DNA of 64,000 bases, from the NCBI GenBank assembly GCA_965226885.1, contig CBDDEL010000011.1, positions 315,362-379,361 on the forward strand, in the 5' to 3' direction. Positions 54,982-64,000 of the stretch are shown here, piece after piece (the first letter of the stretch is position 1; every line of letters begins with the position of its first letter). The notes below the pieces were generated by a model that searched no databases, had not been told where the DNA came from, and saw only the letters and a list, made by a program, of their open reading frames with translations. This DNA is from Opitutales bacterium. GTDB taxonomy: Bacteria > Verrucomicrobiota > Verrucomicrobiia > Opitutales > UBA2987. Both the position numbers and the translations under genes were made by a program.

Positions 54982-56108
54982 CCAAATCGCAAAAGGATTG
55001 ATAAAGATTAAAAAACAGCTATAAAGGCGGAATGAGAAGATATATGGGAACCGATGAAGACCGTGAACGTATCAAGAAATTGCTCAACAAAGAGGCTGTC
55101 GGCTGGCGTAAAGAGCGTTTGGTGGCATTAAAAATGGGCTTCCAGCCGCACCACAGCATTGATGAAATTGGAGCCATCGTGGGCCGAGGCAAAGCGACGA
55201 TCCAGCGTTGGTTTGACAAATATCGTGCTGCAGGGCTCGGGGCGGTGCTTACACGCGCCTACAAAGGCGGGATCAAAAGCCGTTGCGACAAAGAGGTGGA
55301 GGCCTTCTTGCTCAATGGTTTGAAGGTCGCGCGCTGGAACACAGCCGTTCAGGCGGGGCAAGAGCTGGAGCGACATTTCGGGCGCTCCTTCGCCTACAAG
55401 ACGGTGTGGCGATGGCTAAAAAAATGCGCCGGGGTGCTTCGAGTCCCTCGCCCCGTGCATGAGAAACGGGACTCGGCAAAAGCGGAAGCGTTCAAGCGAG
55501 ACTTTTCTAAGATCCTCCAGGAGCTTTCCCTCACCCGAGGCAATCGGGTTCGGGTGTGGTTTGCCGATGAAAGCCGTTTTGGTTTGCTTCCGGTGTACCG
55601 CCGGTGCTGGACGCAAAGAGGGCTTCGGCCGCACAAAAAATATCAGACAAGATACCAGTGGAGCTACTGTTACGGAGCCCTCGACGTGGTCAACGGCGAG
55701 ATGGTATGCATCCAAACCCCTAGCACGAATCTACAGTGGACGGAGGCTTTCCTCCAACAGATCAAAAAGCAATATCCTGAGGAGGAACATGTGGTTGTAT
55801 GGGACGGGGCAGGCTTCCATCCGCACGACTCGGAGCACCCCAACGTCCCCCCGGGCATACATATCGTGAATTTGCCGCCGTATAGTCCTGAACTCAACCC
55901 GATTGAAAGACTTTGGGATATGATACAGGATCAAACGGCCAACAAACTGTGGCCGAGCATTGAGCGACTCGAAGAAGTCGTCGCAACCCATCTCAAAGAC
56001 TGGTGGGAGGACACTGAAAAAGTCCTCTCTTTAGTTGGCGGAGGCTGGCAGCACATTCAAGCAAACGCTTCTGCCAAATAACTTATTATCATACCTAATG
56101 AGATTTGG
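54982..56108 (+). mobile_element. IS630-family element
   Basis: TA-CCAAATC...GATTTGG-TA ends; single transposase ORF. Confidence 0.88.
55032..56081 (+). CDS. IS630-family transposase
   Basis: WFADESRFG, WDGAGFH and LPPYSPELNPIE motifs. Confidence 0.95.
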   Translation: MRRYMGTDEDRERIKKLLNKEAVGWRKERLVALKMGFQPHHSIDEIGAIVGRGKATIQRWFDKYRAAGLGAVLTRAYKGGIKSRCDKEVEAFLLNGLKVARWNTAVQAGQELERHFGRSFAYKTVWRWLKKCAGVLRVPRPVHEKRDSAKAEAFKRDFSKILQELSLTRGNRVRVWFADESRFGLLPVYRRCWTQRGLRPHKKYQTRYQWSYCYGALDVVNGEMVCIQTPSTNLQWTEAFLQQIKKQYPEEEHVVVWDGAGFHPHDSEHPNVPPGIHIVNLPPYSPELNPIERLWDMIQDQTANKLWPSIERLEEVVATHLKDWWEDTEKVLSLVGGGWQHIQANASAK

Positions 56109-56299
56109 TATGATAATAATGGAGCGATACGGCTCGGGGAGTTTCAATTAACCCCGGGAAGGCCTACGGCGCAAAAAGCAGATTGGAAAACAGCATTCGC
56201 CAATCGGCGTCGTCGGCCATCCAGATCAGTGGGAAAAGTCTTTCCTTCTGCTAGAGGTTTCCACAGCACTGATTTCTTTTGTATCGAAAAATCTTCTTG

Positions 56300-58010
56300 C
56301 TCACCCCGTATCAAGTGCCAGACGACTGAAGACATACTGCCGAAGCAGAGCCGCTCTGGCGTGCTGAATATTTATGCCCGTGCGCTCATCCAGGACATTT
56401 TCGCTTCCAATCGCAGTCAGTCTGAAAGCCTCATCGAATGCCCGGTAGAGCAACAATCCTTCATCACTTATAACCTTTGATGTGCACTGGAAAAAGTGGA
56501 CACGAGATTCTCCTAAATGGAGAATCGAAGCATGGGAAGAAGACGCAGTATAGAGTTCAAAAATGAGGCAGTTCAACTGATGATACTCGATGGTCTGAGC
56601 GCCACCGAGGTATCGACCAAACTTGGGGTCAACACCAACCAAGGGTCAACACCAACCAATTGTATAGGTGGAAGAGGCTCTATCTGGACGATCAGCAGGG
56701 CGAAGCCACCTCAAAGCGACAGAGCAGTCCGAAGGAGATGGCGGCCGAGATAGATCGTCTTCGCAAAGAGCTGCGCCGCTCGGAGCGGATCAACCAGATA
56801 CTAAAAAAAACGGTGGGCTACTTTGCCAAGGACGAACAATGAAGTACCAGTTTGTCAAAGACAACGAGGGGCGCTTCAAGATCGAGGAAATATGCTCGGC
56901 GATGGGGATTTGTCGCAGTGGCTATTACTGCTGGAGGCCCCGAGCGCCCTCGGCCCGGCGGATCGAGGACGAGGGAATCAAGGGGGCGATCCTGAAGGTA
57001 CACAAAGAGGCCAAGGGCCGCTATGGGCATCGGCCAATGCACCGCCATCTGAAGGATGATGAGGGCATCGATTGCGGCCGTGACCGGGCTCTGCGTCTGA
57101 TGCGTGAAATGGGAATCAAAAGCACCCAGAGTAAACGCTTTAAGCCATTAAAAACCAACAGTAACCATCCCTATGGTTACAGCCCCAATGTGCTTAAAAA
57201 GCATGGCCAGCCGACCCATATCGACGAGGTCTGGGTGGCGGACACGACCTACCTACGGACCCTGGCCGGTTGGATGTACTTGGCCACGGTGATGGACCTG
57301 TTCAGCCGACGCCTGCTGGGCTGGAGCGTTTCCAACCACAACGACGCGAAGCTGGTTGGCAAGGCCCTCAAAGCCGCGGCCATGACCCGCGGCACACTGC
57401 GCACCGGGATTATTCATCACAGCGATCGGGGCAGCCCCTACGCCAGCGACGACTATCAGAGGCTGGTCTCTGAACTAGGCATGAAGCCGAGCATGAGCGC
57501 CCAAGGCAACTGCTACGACAACGCGGCCATGGAATCGTTCTACGGCCGCTTCAAGACCAGCACGATTCGAGGCCGCCACTTTGCCGACGAGCGCGAACTG
57601 CGATCAACTGTCTTCGAATACGTGGAAATCTTCTACAACCGATATCGCAAACATTCCTCTCTGAGTTACCAAAGCCCAGTCCAATTCGAGGAAAATATTT
57701 GCCCCCCATGGGGGGCAACGAGAAAACAAAACCCTTTACCAAAACAAGCCGCCTGACACACTAATCAATAAACAATGAATATAAGAGAATCCCGTGTCCA
57801 ACAAATCCAGTACACGTCACTTCGCACCGTGGAACTCAACTTGATTCGGCGATTGAATTGAACCCGAAGACTGCTCCTTTTTGCGTCACCCATAAGATTT
57901 TAAGAATTTGCTCGCAATATTTATATTTAAGTATATTTAAGTAACTTATTATTAACCCTATAAGCGATTATTTCAAACTAATTTTTTTATGATGAAATGG
58001 GAAATACGGG
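56300..58010 (-). pseudogene. Eroded relic of a third, divergent IS1380-family element, split by IS3-A
   Basis: ATG 57893 reads MGDAKRSSLRVQFNRRIK, then EFHGAK|VISDEGLLLYR...LLRQYVFSRLA across the IS3 insertion. Terminal CCCGTATTTC plus TTAG flank at ~58010. Confidence 0.7.
56478..57819 (+). mobile_element. IS3-family element type A, orfA frameshifted (orfB ending at 57756)
   Basis: 3-bp target duplication CTT; 17-bp duplication at 56626-56659 and a 3-bp deletion in orfA. Confidence 0.95.
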
Positions 58011-58551
58011 CTAAAACTAGTTAGTATTATAATTCGATGCATATATAGATTTTTTGCTTGGAAAATGGGGGAGATATGTTATAAGAATATAGGGTCTTTA
58101 ATTATTGGTCTACTGTATCGATTTATCCGCATAAATTTATGAATGGCTTCCCGTTTTGAAGCCTTGACAACTACTATCAGGTGGCTAATACTATCAGGTG
58201 GCTAATGAAATTAAATCCAACCTGCCGGTCCCTGCGTGGACTGGTTTTCTATTTTCAATCAAGTAAATGACTAAATTAAAAGTTAGTTAATTTTCCAATC
58301 CTGGCGCCAACCAATCATAATGAAGAAAATCATATTTTTCCTCTCACTTTCTCAAATTGCGGCCTCCCTGTGCTTCGCCACTCTTCCGGAGGCTATCCCC
58401 GACCTGGCCATTGTCCCCGAAGGCGGCACGGTATCGACACTGGACACTGGGGCCACCAGCTTGTTGGCCAACGATACCGATGTGGATCTGGACCCCTTGT
58501 CAGTGACCATTTCCCCGGTAAACGGGCCGAGCCATGGTTCGTTGGCTCTAA

Positions 58552-60137
58552 CCCGGATATTTCATGAAGGGTAAAGTTTGGCTCGTTATTGCTATTGGAG
58601 ATGGATTTCTTTGTATTTTGGGCGGATCGTCTTGATTTTGAGGTGTTTTTCAGGGTGTAGAGACACTTCCCCCTTTCCCCCATTGGTTCGGTAGCGCCGG
58701 GGGCAGCGCCAATGCGCCCTTTAGGTTGGCACCAACCGGCGGGCCGCATGGTTGAAAAGACTGGCCCATGGATAACTTTCACTTAGATGAAAGTGAATCG
58801 TTCGGGTGTTGCGCACGATTACCGCTCCGATCTTGATTAATTTTAGCCGTAGACTGTGGCATTGGAGCCGCGCCCACTTCGTCCCTTTTAATGCGAACCG
58901 GCGCAAGGCTTCCATCAAGGTGTAGGCCAGCCCCGACAAGAGCAATCGCCACTGGTTGGCCCACCATTTATGCGCGCTGGTGCGTTCGCTGAACAATTGC
59001 ATCTGTTCCTTGATCCGGTTCTCCATCTCACCGCGGCCACAGTATACTTTGTCGTAAAGCTCTTGGGGATCGCCCTGCAGGTTCGTCACCACGAAGCGCG
59101 GGTTGGACCCCTGTGCGGTGTGTTCGGCTTTGTGGATGATAAGGCGTTGGCGCCGCCACGATTTTGCCCCATACTCGAAGTGCTGAAACAGCCGTTGCTT
59201 TTTGCCGCTACCCTCGAACCATTGTTTGGCTTGCTCCTGCAACTGCCGGGCCGCTTGCTGCAAGCGTGCATGGCGGGCCGTTCCCACTATAAAATAAACC
59301 TCGTTGCGCTCGCACCACGAGAGAATCCGATCCCGGCAGAATCCGCTGTCGGCACGCCAAATAATCCGCGTATGGGGCCAGCTTTGGCGAATCCGTTTAA
59401 CCAGCAATTTGAGGATGGCCCCGGCATGCTTGCTCGCATCGATCTTGCTGGGCCGCAGGTAGGCCACCAGAAGCTGATCGCCGCAAAAAACATACAGCGG
59501 CAAAAAACACATACAGCGGCAAAAAACAGTAATGATCATAATAACCGTGGAAAAAACGTCCCTCCTGGAGCCCGTGCACCGGATTGTCGGTGGCGTCAAA
59601 GTCCAGGATGATCTCTTCGGGTTCCTCGGCAAAGGATCCCATGAACTGTTCGACCAGCAACTCGTTCAGGGCAAAGGCTGCCCGCCGATCCTGCCCGTTT
59701 TCAAAACGACACAAAGTCGGCGCGCTGGCCAACGCTTCAGTGCGCCCCGTTACCGTTTGCAACAAAGGATCGCGGCGCAGGGTGTCAAAGTCGTTCAAAT
59801 CCTCATAGCCCGCCCCCAGCCCGTAAACGCGCTGCCGGATCATGGCCAGCATCTCATGGCGCACTTTGCCCTTCTGCCGTTTGTCTACTAATTGCCGGGC
59901 CGCTTGCTCGGTCAAGCCCAACCGCCGATCCACTTCCCGGATCAAAAGCAGCCCGGCATCCGAAGTAACCTCACCGCCCTTAAAATCAACCCGCACACGG
60001 CGGCCTTTTACCCTTGTCAACTGTAGTTCTAATTGTTTACTTTTTGTCATCGCTGATATTGCTTTAATGTTTAATCTATCCTGCTGTATATCAGCAGATA
60101 AGCATATCAGCGATACTTTTTTTATGAAATTTCCGGG
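58552..60137 (-). mobile_element. IS1380-family element, divergent isoform, frameshifted
   Basis: Same inverted repeats but many substitutions relative to the main type; 19-bp duplication at 59491-59528; flanks CTAA and CTAG. Confidence 0.93.
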
Positions 60138-60428
60138 CTAGCGACGGACGGCACATTTACCTATACCCACGATGGGGGCGGATTTCTCACAGACAGCTTT
60201 GTTTACGAAATAAGTGATACGACTGCTACTGCTACGGCCACGGTCACAATCCATATTTCCCGGTCAGTAGTTTTCGGTGACGATGGCGCATTCCCTGGCG
60301 GTGATTGGGCTACCTCGGGCGATAGTTTATGGTTTTCGCAGGGTGGAACCATTTTTGATGGGATTGATGCCTTACAAAGCGGTGCCATCACCCACCGGTG
60401 CCATCACCCACAATCAGAGGTCGGAGAT

Positions 60429-61761
60429 TGAAGTGGACGGGGTTGTTTGGACAATTTTGACGTGGGATTATGGTGGAAATCGTGTTCATATTATTTTTTA
60501 AAAATATATTTTGTCCTTAGCCAAAGACGGGCACGCAGGTGCCCGCAAGCTGTATTGGCGGGGAGGTTGGTTTTGCTCCGATTGCATGGACTTCGGCCGG
60601 GGTCCGGTAGCCCAGGGCTTGGTGGGGGCGCAGGTGGTTGTAGAAGTCCAGGTAGCGGGCTATCCCTTCGCTGGCTTCCTTTGCCGTGGCGTATTCGCGC
60701 AGGTAAATGTCTTCATACTTGAGGGTTCTCCAAAAGCGTTCAACAAATATGCTGTCCAGGTAGCGGCCACGCCCGTCCATGCTGATGCGCACCCCGGCTT
60801 GCCCCAGCACCGAGGTGAACTCGCTGCCGGTAAACTGGCTGCCTTGATCGGTGTTGAAGATTTGAGGTTGGGCCCGCCTCAGAGCTTCCTCCAGGGCGAG
60901 CACACAGAAGCGGCTCTCCAGGGTGTTGGAAAGCTGCCAGCTCAACACGTAGCGGCTGAACCAGTCCAACACCACGGTCAAGAAAAGGAATCCTCGGCTC
61001 AGCCGCAGGTAAGTGATGTCGCTGCACCATACCTGGTCGGGCCGCTCGACCGCCAAACCCCGCAGCAGATAAGGGAAAATGCGGTGCTGCCGGTGCCCCT
61101 GGCTCAAGTTTCGACGCGGATAAATAGCCTCCAGGCCCATTTGGCGCATGAGCCGCTGGATGCGGCCTCGTCCCACTGCATGGCCCTCTCGACGCAGCCA
61201 CTGGGTCATCCGGCGAGAACCAAAAAACGGATATTGGGTGTAGAGCTCATCCATGCGATGCATGTAGAGAACGTTCTGCTCGCACTGGGCACGGGCCCGA
61301 TAGTAATAGCTGCCGCGGGCCAGCCCCAGCAACTGACATTGCCTGCCGATACTGATTTTTCCTTGAAGTGGTTGCACCATCTTGCGCCTCTCACCAACCG
61401 AATTGTTCAGACTTTTTTTTTAGCCAATCGCATTCTACTTTCAGCTTTCCAATCTCCTGGTAAAGGTGATCTTTTTCCGTCTCGTTGTCCTTGCTGAGAG
61501 TCTGCCGCTGGCGCGAAAACAGCTCCGTTGCTCCCTGCAAAAGCTGCTTCTTCCATTGGGTCACCTGGTTGGGATGCACCTCAAAACGACCGGCGATCTC
61601 GTTGATGGTATGAGCGCCCCTGATGGCTTCCAGGGCCACTCGGGCTTTAAACTCAGCACTGTATTGTCTTCTCTTTCGTGATTTAATAACATTCATAGGT
61701 TAGCGGATTTAGTGGTTCAAGACCACCTTATTCCACTGTCCAGTTTTCCCCGTCCATTTCA
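60429..61761 (-). mobile_element. IS3-family element type D
   Basis: TGAAGTGGACGGGG...CCCCGTCCATTTCA ends; 3-bp target duplication GAT. Confidence 0.94.
60517..61696 (-). CDS. IS3-family transposase OrfAB (orfA 61391-61696, orfB 60517-61380)
   Basis: YSAEFKARVALEA; A9G slippery run; WCSDITY, NTDQGSQF and ERFWRTLKYE motifs. Confidence 0.92.
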
Positions 61762-62338
61762 GATTTCTGTCACCGTTTCCGGACCGGAGGTGGTAATTTT
61801 CTGGTGGAAAGTATCCTCGGAAGGCGGCGTCGATGTATTAAGTTTCCTGATTGATGGTGTGGAGGAGTTGAGCATCTCGGGAGAAGTGGACTGGGAAATG
61901 GTCCCCACACTGTTGGAACCGGGCGTGCACACCCTGAAATGGGTTTACACAAAAGATTTCAGCATAGATGTGGGAGCCGACGCGGGTTGGATTGATGGGT
62001 TATATTTTGAACAGGTTTCCAGTAAAGAGCTTGGAGATGGAGTCGAATACTCAAGTGATAGTTGGTCCACGTTCAATCACAGACTATGGTTTCCTCAAAG
62101 TGATACCACCTTTGATGGAATTGACGCCTTGCAAAGCGGTCCCATCCGCGAGGATGAGAGTTCGGTGTAAACGCCGGGATGAAACCGGTACGGGGGTCGG
62201 GGTAAAACCGGTACGCTTGGAATAAGGTTTAGGTTAGTAATTGCAGGTACGTCAAGGTTTAGGGTTTGGGAGTTGGTTTTGGGGATTGGCTTGGGGTCGG
62301 TGAGGAGGCCGGAGGCCGACGAGCCGGGCCCAAGGCGT

Positions 62339-63106
62339 TTATTGTTTTGGGCCACGGCGACGGCGTCGAGCATCGCGCAAGCGGTAGCTTTGCCCGTTGG
62401 CTTCGAGGATATGCACCCGATGGGTGAGTCGGTCCAGCAGAGCTCCGGTGAGCCGTTCGGAACCGAGCACTTCGATCCAGTTCTCAAAGGGCAGGTTGGT
62501 GGTGACGATGAGACTGGTGCGCTCGTAAGCGCGGCTGACCACGTCGAAGAGCAGTTCGGAACCGGTCTTGGAAAAAGGGACGTAACCGAGTTCGTCGAGG
62601 ATGAGTAGGTCGAGCCTTTCGAGTTGCTTCATGAAGCGCTGCAGGTCGTGGTTGTCGCGTTGCTCGAGCATATGGGTAACCAGGGCGGTGACCCCGAAGA
62701 AACGGATCCGCCGGCCCTGGGCACAGGCGGCAAAGCCCAGGGCGGTGGCCAGGTGCGTTTTACCGGTACCGGCGTTACCGAGGAGCAGCACGTTTTCGCG
62801 CTGGTCGACATACTCCCCGCGCATGAGCTCTCGGATGAGCGCTTCGTTGATCGAGGGCTGCGCTTCAAAGGCGAAGCTCTCGAGGGTCTTGAGCACGGGG
62901 AAACGGGCGTTTTTGATCCGCCGCTGGGCGGCCCGCTGTTCGCGTTCAATGAGCTCCCGTTCGACCAGATGCAACAAAAAGGCGGCGTAATCGAGCCGGT
63001 CCCGGGAACAAGCCGCGGCCACCGCCGGCCATTCGCGCAGGATGGTGGGCAACTTCAGTTTCTTGAGGTGATGGTGTAACAGCAGCTGGTTTTTTTCTTC
63101 CTTCAT
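62339..63106 (-). CDS. istB: IS21-family helper ATPase IstB
   Basis: Near-identical to 32902-33669. Confidence 0.95.
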   Translation of the reverse strand: MKEEKNQLLLHHHLKKLKLPTILREWPAVAAACSRDRLDYAAFLLHLVERELIEREQRAAQRRIKNARFPVLKTLESFAFEAQPSINEALIRELMRGEYVDQRENVLLLGNAGTGKTHLATALGFAACAQGRRIRFFGVTALVTHMLEQRDNHDLQRFMKQLERLDLLILDELGYVPFSKTGSELLFDVVSRAYERTSLIVTTNLPFENWIEVLGSERLTGALLDRLTHRVHILEANGQSYRLRDARRRRRGPKQ

Positions 63107-64000
63107 AAAGCCCCTCCTGGAATCTTGAGCAGTTCGCTGTAGGCACCGAGGTCAGGGGCGGCCACACGGACGTGACGCAGGTGTGGATGGCCGTCCAGCC
63201 GGAAGGTTCTGCTCCCGTAGTCTTCCTGAGGATAGAGATACTGGGCGATGGCCTCACGAGTCAGTCCCCCCACCCGCAGGGCCGAGACGACGGCCTGCTG
63301 CAAGGCCGCCATGGGGTGTTTCTCCAACAGCCGCAGCACCCGGATATACTCCCGGGTGCCTTCGCCCCCGCATTGGCTTTCGAGCCGGCGTCTGAGGACC
63401 TGCAGGCACTGCGGCAACTGCCAGCCCGAGAGTGGGCGGGCGAAGTCCAAAGCGCCCGGTTTTTTCTCCAGCAAAGCCAGGTAGTGCACCGGCTCGAAAG
63501 AGACTTGCTCTTTATCCCAAATGCGGCGGTGCCGGGCCACCTCTTGGCCCCCACAGAAGATCACCACCTGCCGACAGGACCCTTCCACCACCACCGGATG
63601 GTGGGCGCAGCGCACCGGCACCGAATAGTCGTTGCACTCGAAGCGCACCAGCGAGAGGCTGCTGACGCAGGTCGAGCGTTTGCGGCTCGCTTCAAAGGGT
63701 ATGGGCGGCAACGCCAGCATGACGGCGCGCTCCTCGGCCAGCAGTTCCTTTTTCACCGCCCTTTTCCCGCGTAATTTACGCTCCATGTCCCGCTCACATG
63801 CCTCCAACAGCTTTGCGTTGAGTTCCTCCAGGTCCCGAACCTGCGGTACCGGTACCAGGAAGTTGGCCCGGGCATAACGCACGATCCCCTCGACCACGCC
63901 CTTCTCGTTGGGCCGGGCGGGCAGACAGAAGTGTTCCTCGAACAGGTAATGGCTCTGTAGCTGCAGAAACCCGTCGGTCAGCTTGCGTTCACGCGAACCG
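63103..64000 (-). CDS. istA: IS21-family transposase IstA (partial)
   Basis: C-terminal part matches 31400-32905; runs off the window. Confidence 0.93.
   Translation of the reverse strand, partial: GSRERKLTDGFLQLQSHYLFEEHFCLPARPNEKGVVEGIVRYARANFLVPVPQVRDLEELNAKLLEACERDMERKLRGKRAVKKELLAEERAVMLALPPIPFEASRKRSTCVSSLSLVRFECNDYSVPVRCAHHPVVVEGSCRQVVIFCGGQEVARHRRIWDKEQVSFEPVHYLALLEKKPGALDFARPLSGWQLPQCLQVLRRRLESQCGGEGTREYIRVLRLLEKHPMAALQQAVVSALRVGGLTREAIAQYLYPQEDYGSRTFRLDGHPHLRHVRVAAPDLGAYSELLKIPGGAL

Larger units (their letters stand above)
58320..62165 (+). pseudogene. Secreted Ig-like/cadherin-like repeat surface protein, hit by three IS elements
   Basis: Signal peptide; LLANDTDVD...GPSHGSLAL|ATDGTFTYTHDG; repeated DGIDALQSG...SEI|SVTVSGP..FWWKVSSE modules. 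Exons of host DNA at 58320-58551, 60142-60428 and 61765-62165. Confidence 0.85.
62166..64000 (-). mobile_element. IS21-family element (partial at window edge)
   Basis: Inverted near-identical copy of 31326-33842. Confidence 0.95.

Noticed and set aside
60511..61497. 328-aa plus-strand ORF
   Set aside because: Antisense shadow of the IS3-D transposase.
1..64000. CRISPR array, rRNA or tRNA genes
   Set aside because: All long repeats resolve to IS copies or two-unit duplications. I saw no repeat-spacer periodicity and no recognisable tRNA, including next to the integrase.
31326..64000. Composite transposon bounded by inverted IS21 copies (or by the inverted IS3-A pair)
   Set aside because: At this IS density such pairs are expected by chance. 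The IS3-A copy at 56478 has its own target duplication, and the far IS21 end is outside the window.

Overview
This is a bacterial chromosomal window, probably Verrucomicrobiota/Opitutales-like (inferred from the style of the integrase, TIM-barrel and Ig-like repeat proteins, not searched), caught in a massive insertion-sequence expansion. By my boundary calls about 30 kb (~47%) is IS DNA: 22 recognisable copies plus one eroded relic. They comprise three IS3-family types, two IS1 types, two IS1380 isoforms, an IS5-like/ISNCY-type element, IS21 and IS630, often nested. Several host genes are split or frameshifted: a methyltransferase, an epimerase, a YVTN propeller, a terminase and an Ig-like surface protein. 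Two IS-free blocks survive intact. The first (15.4-26.1 kb) is housekeeping: ahcY, metK, GTP-PEPCK, aroK and dus. The second (35.0-43.9 kb) is catabolic: oxidoreductase, deacetylase, PLP enzyme, sulfatase, MetE-like enzyme, nucleotidyltransferase and cold-shock protein. The most notable items are (1) an orphan Mu-type terminase pair with an N-terminally short small subunit beside a tyrosine integrase and no other phage genes, (2) mismatched IS1380 target duplications suggesting piggyBac-like carry-over of donor flank, (3) a recurrent signature of perfect 8-22 bp tandem duplications, (4) a rod-like candidate ncRNA after the csp gene and (5) a degenerate 59-bp attC-like site. I saw no rRNA, tRNA or CRISPR array.
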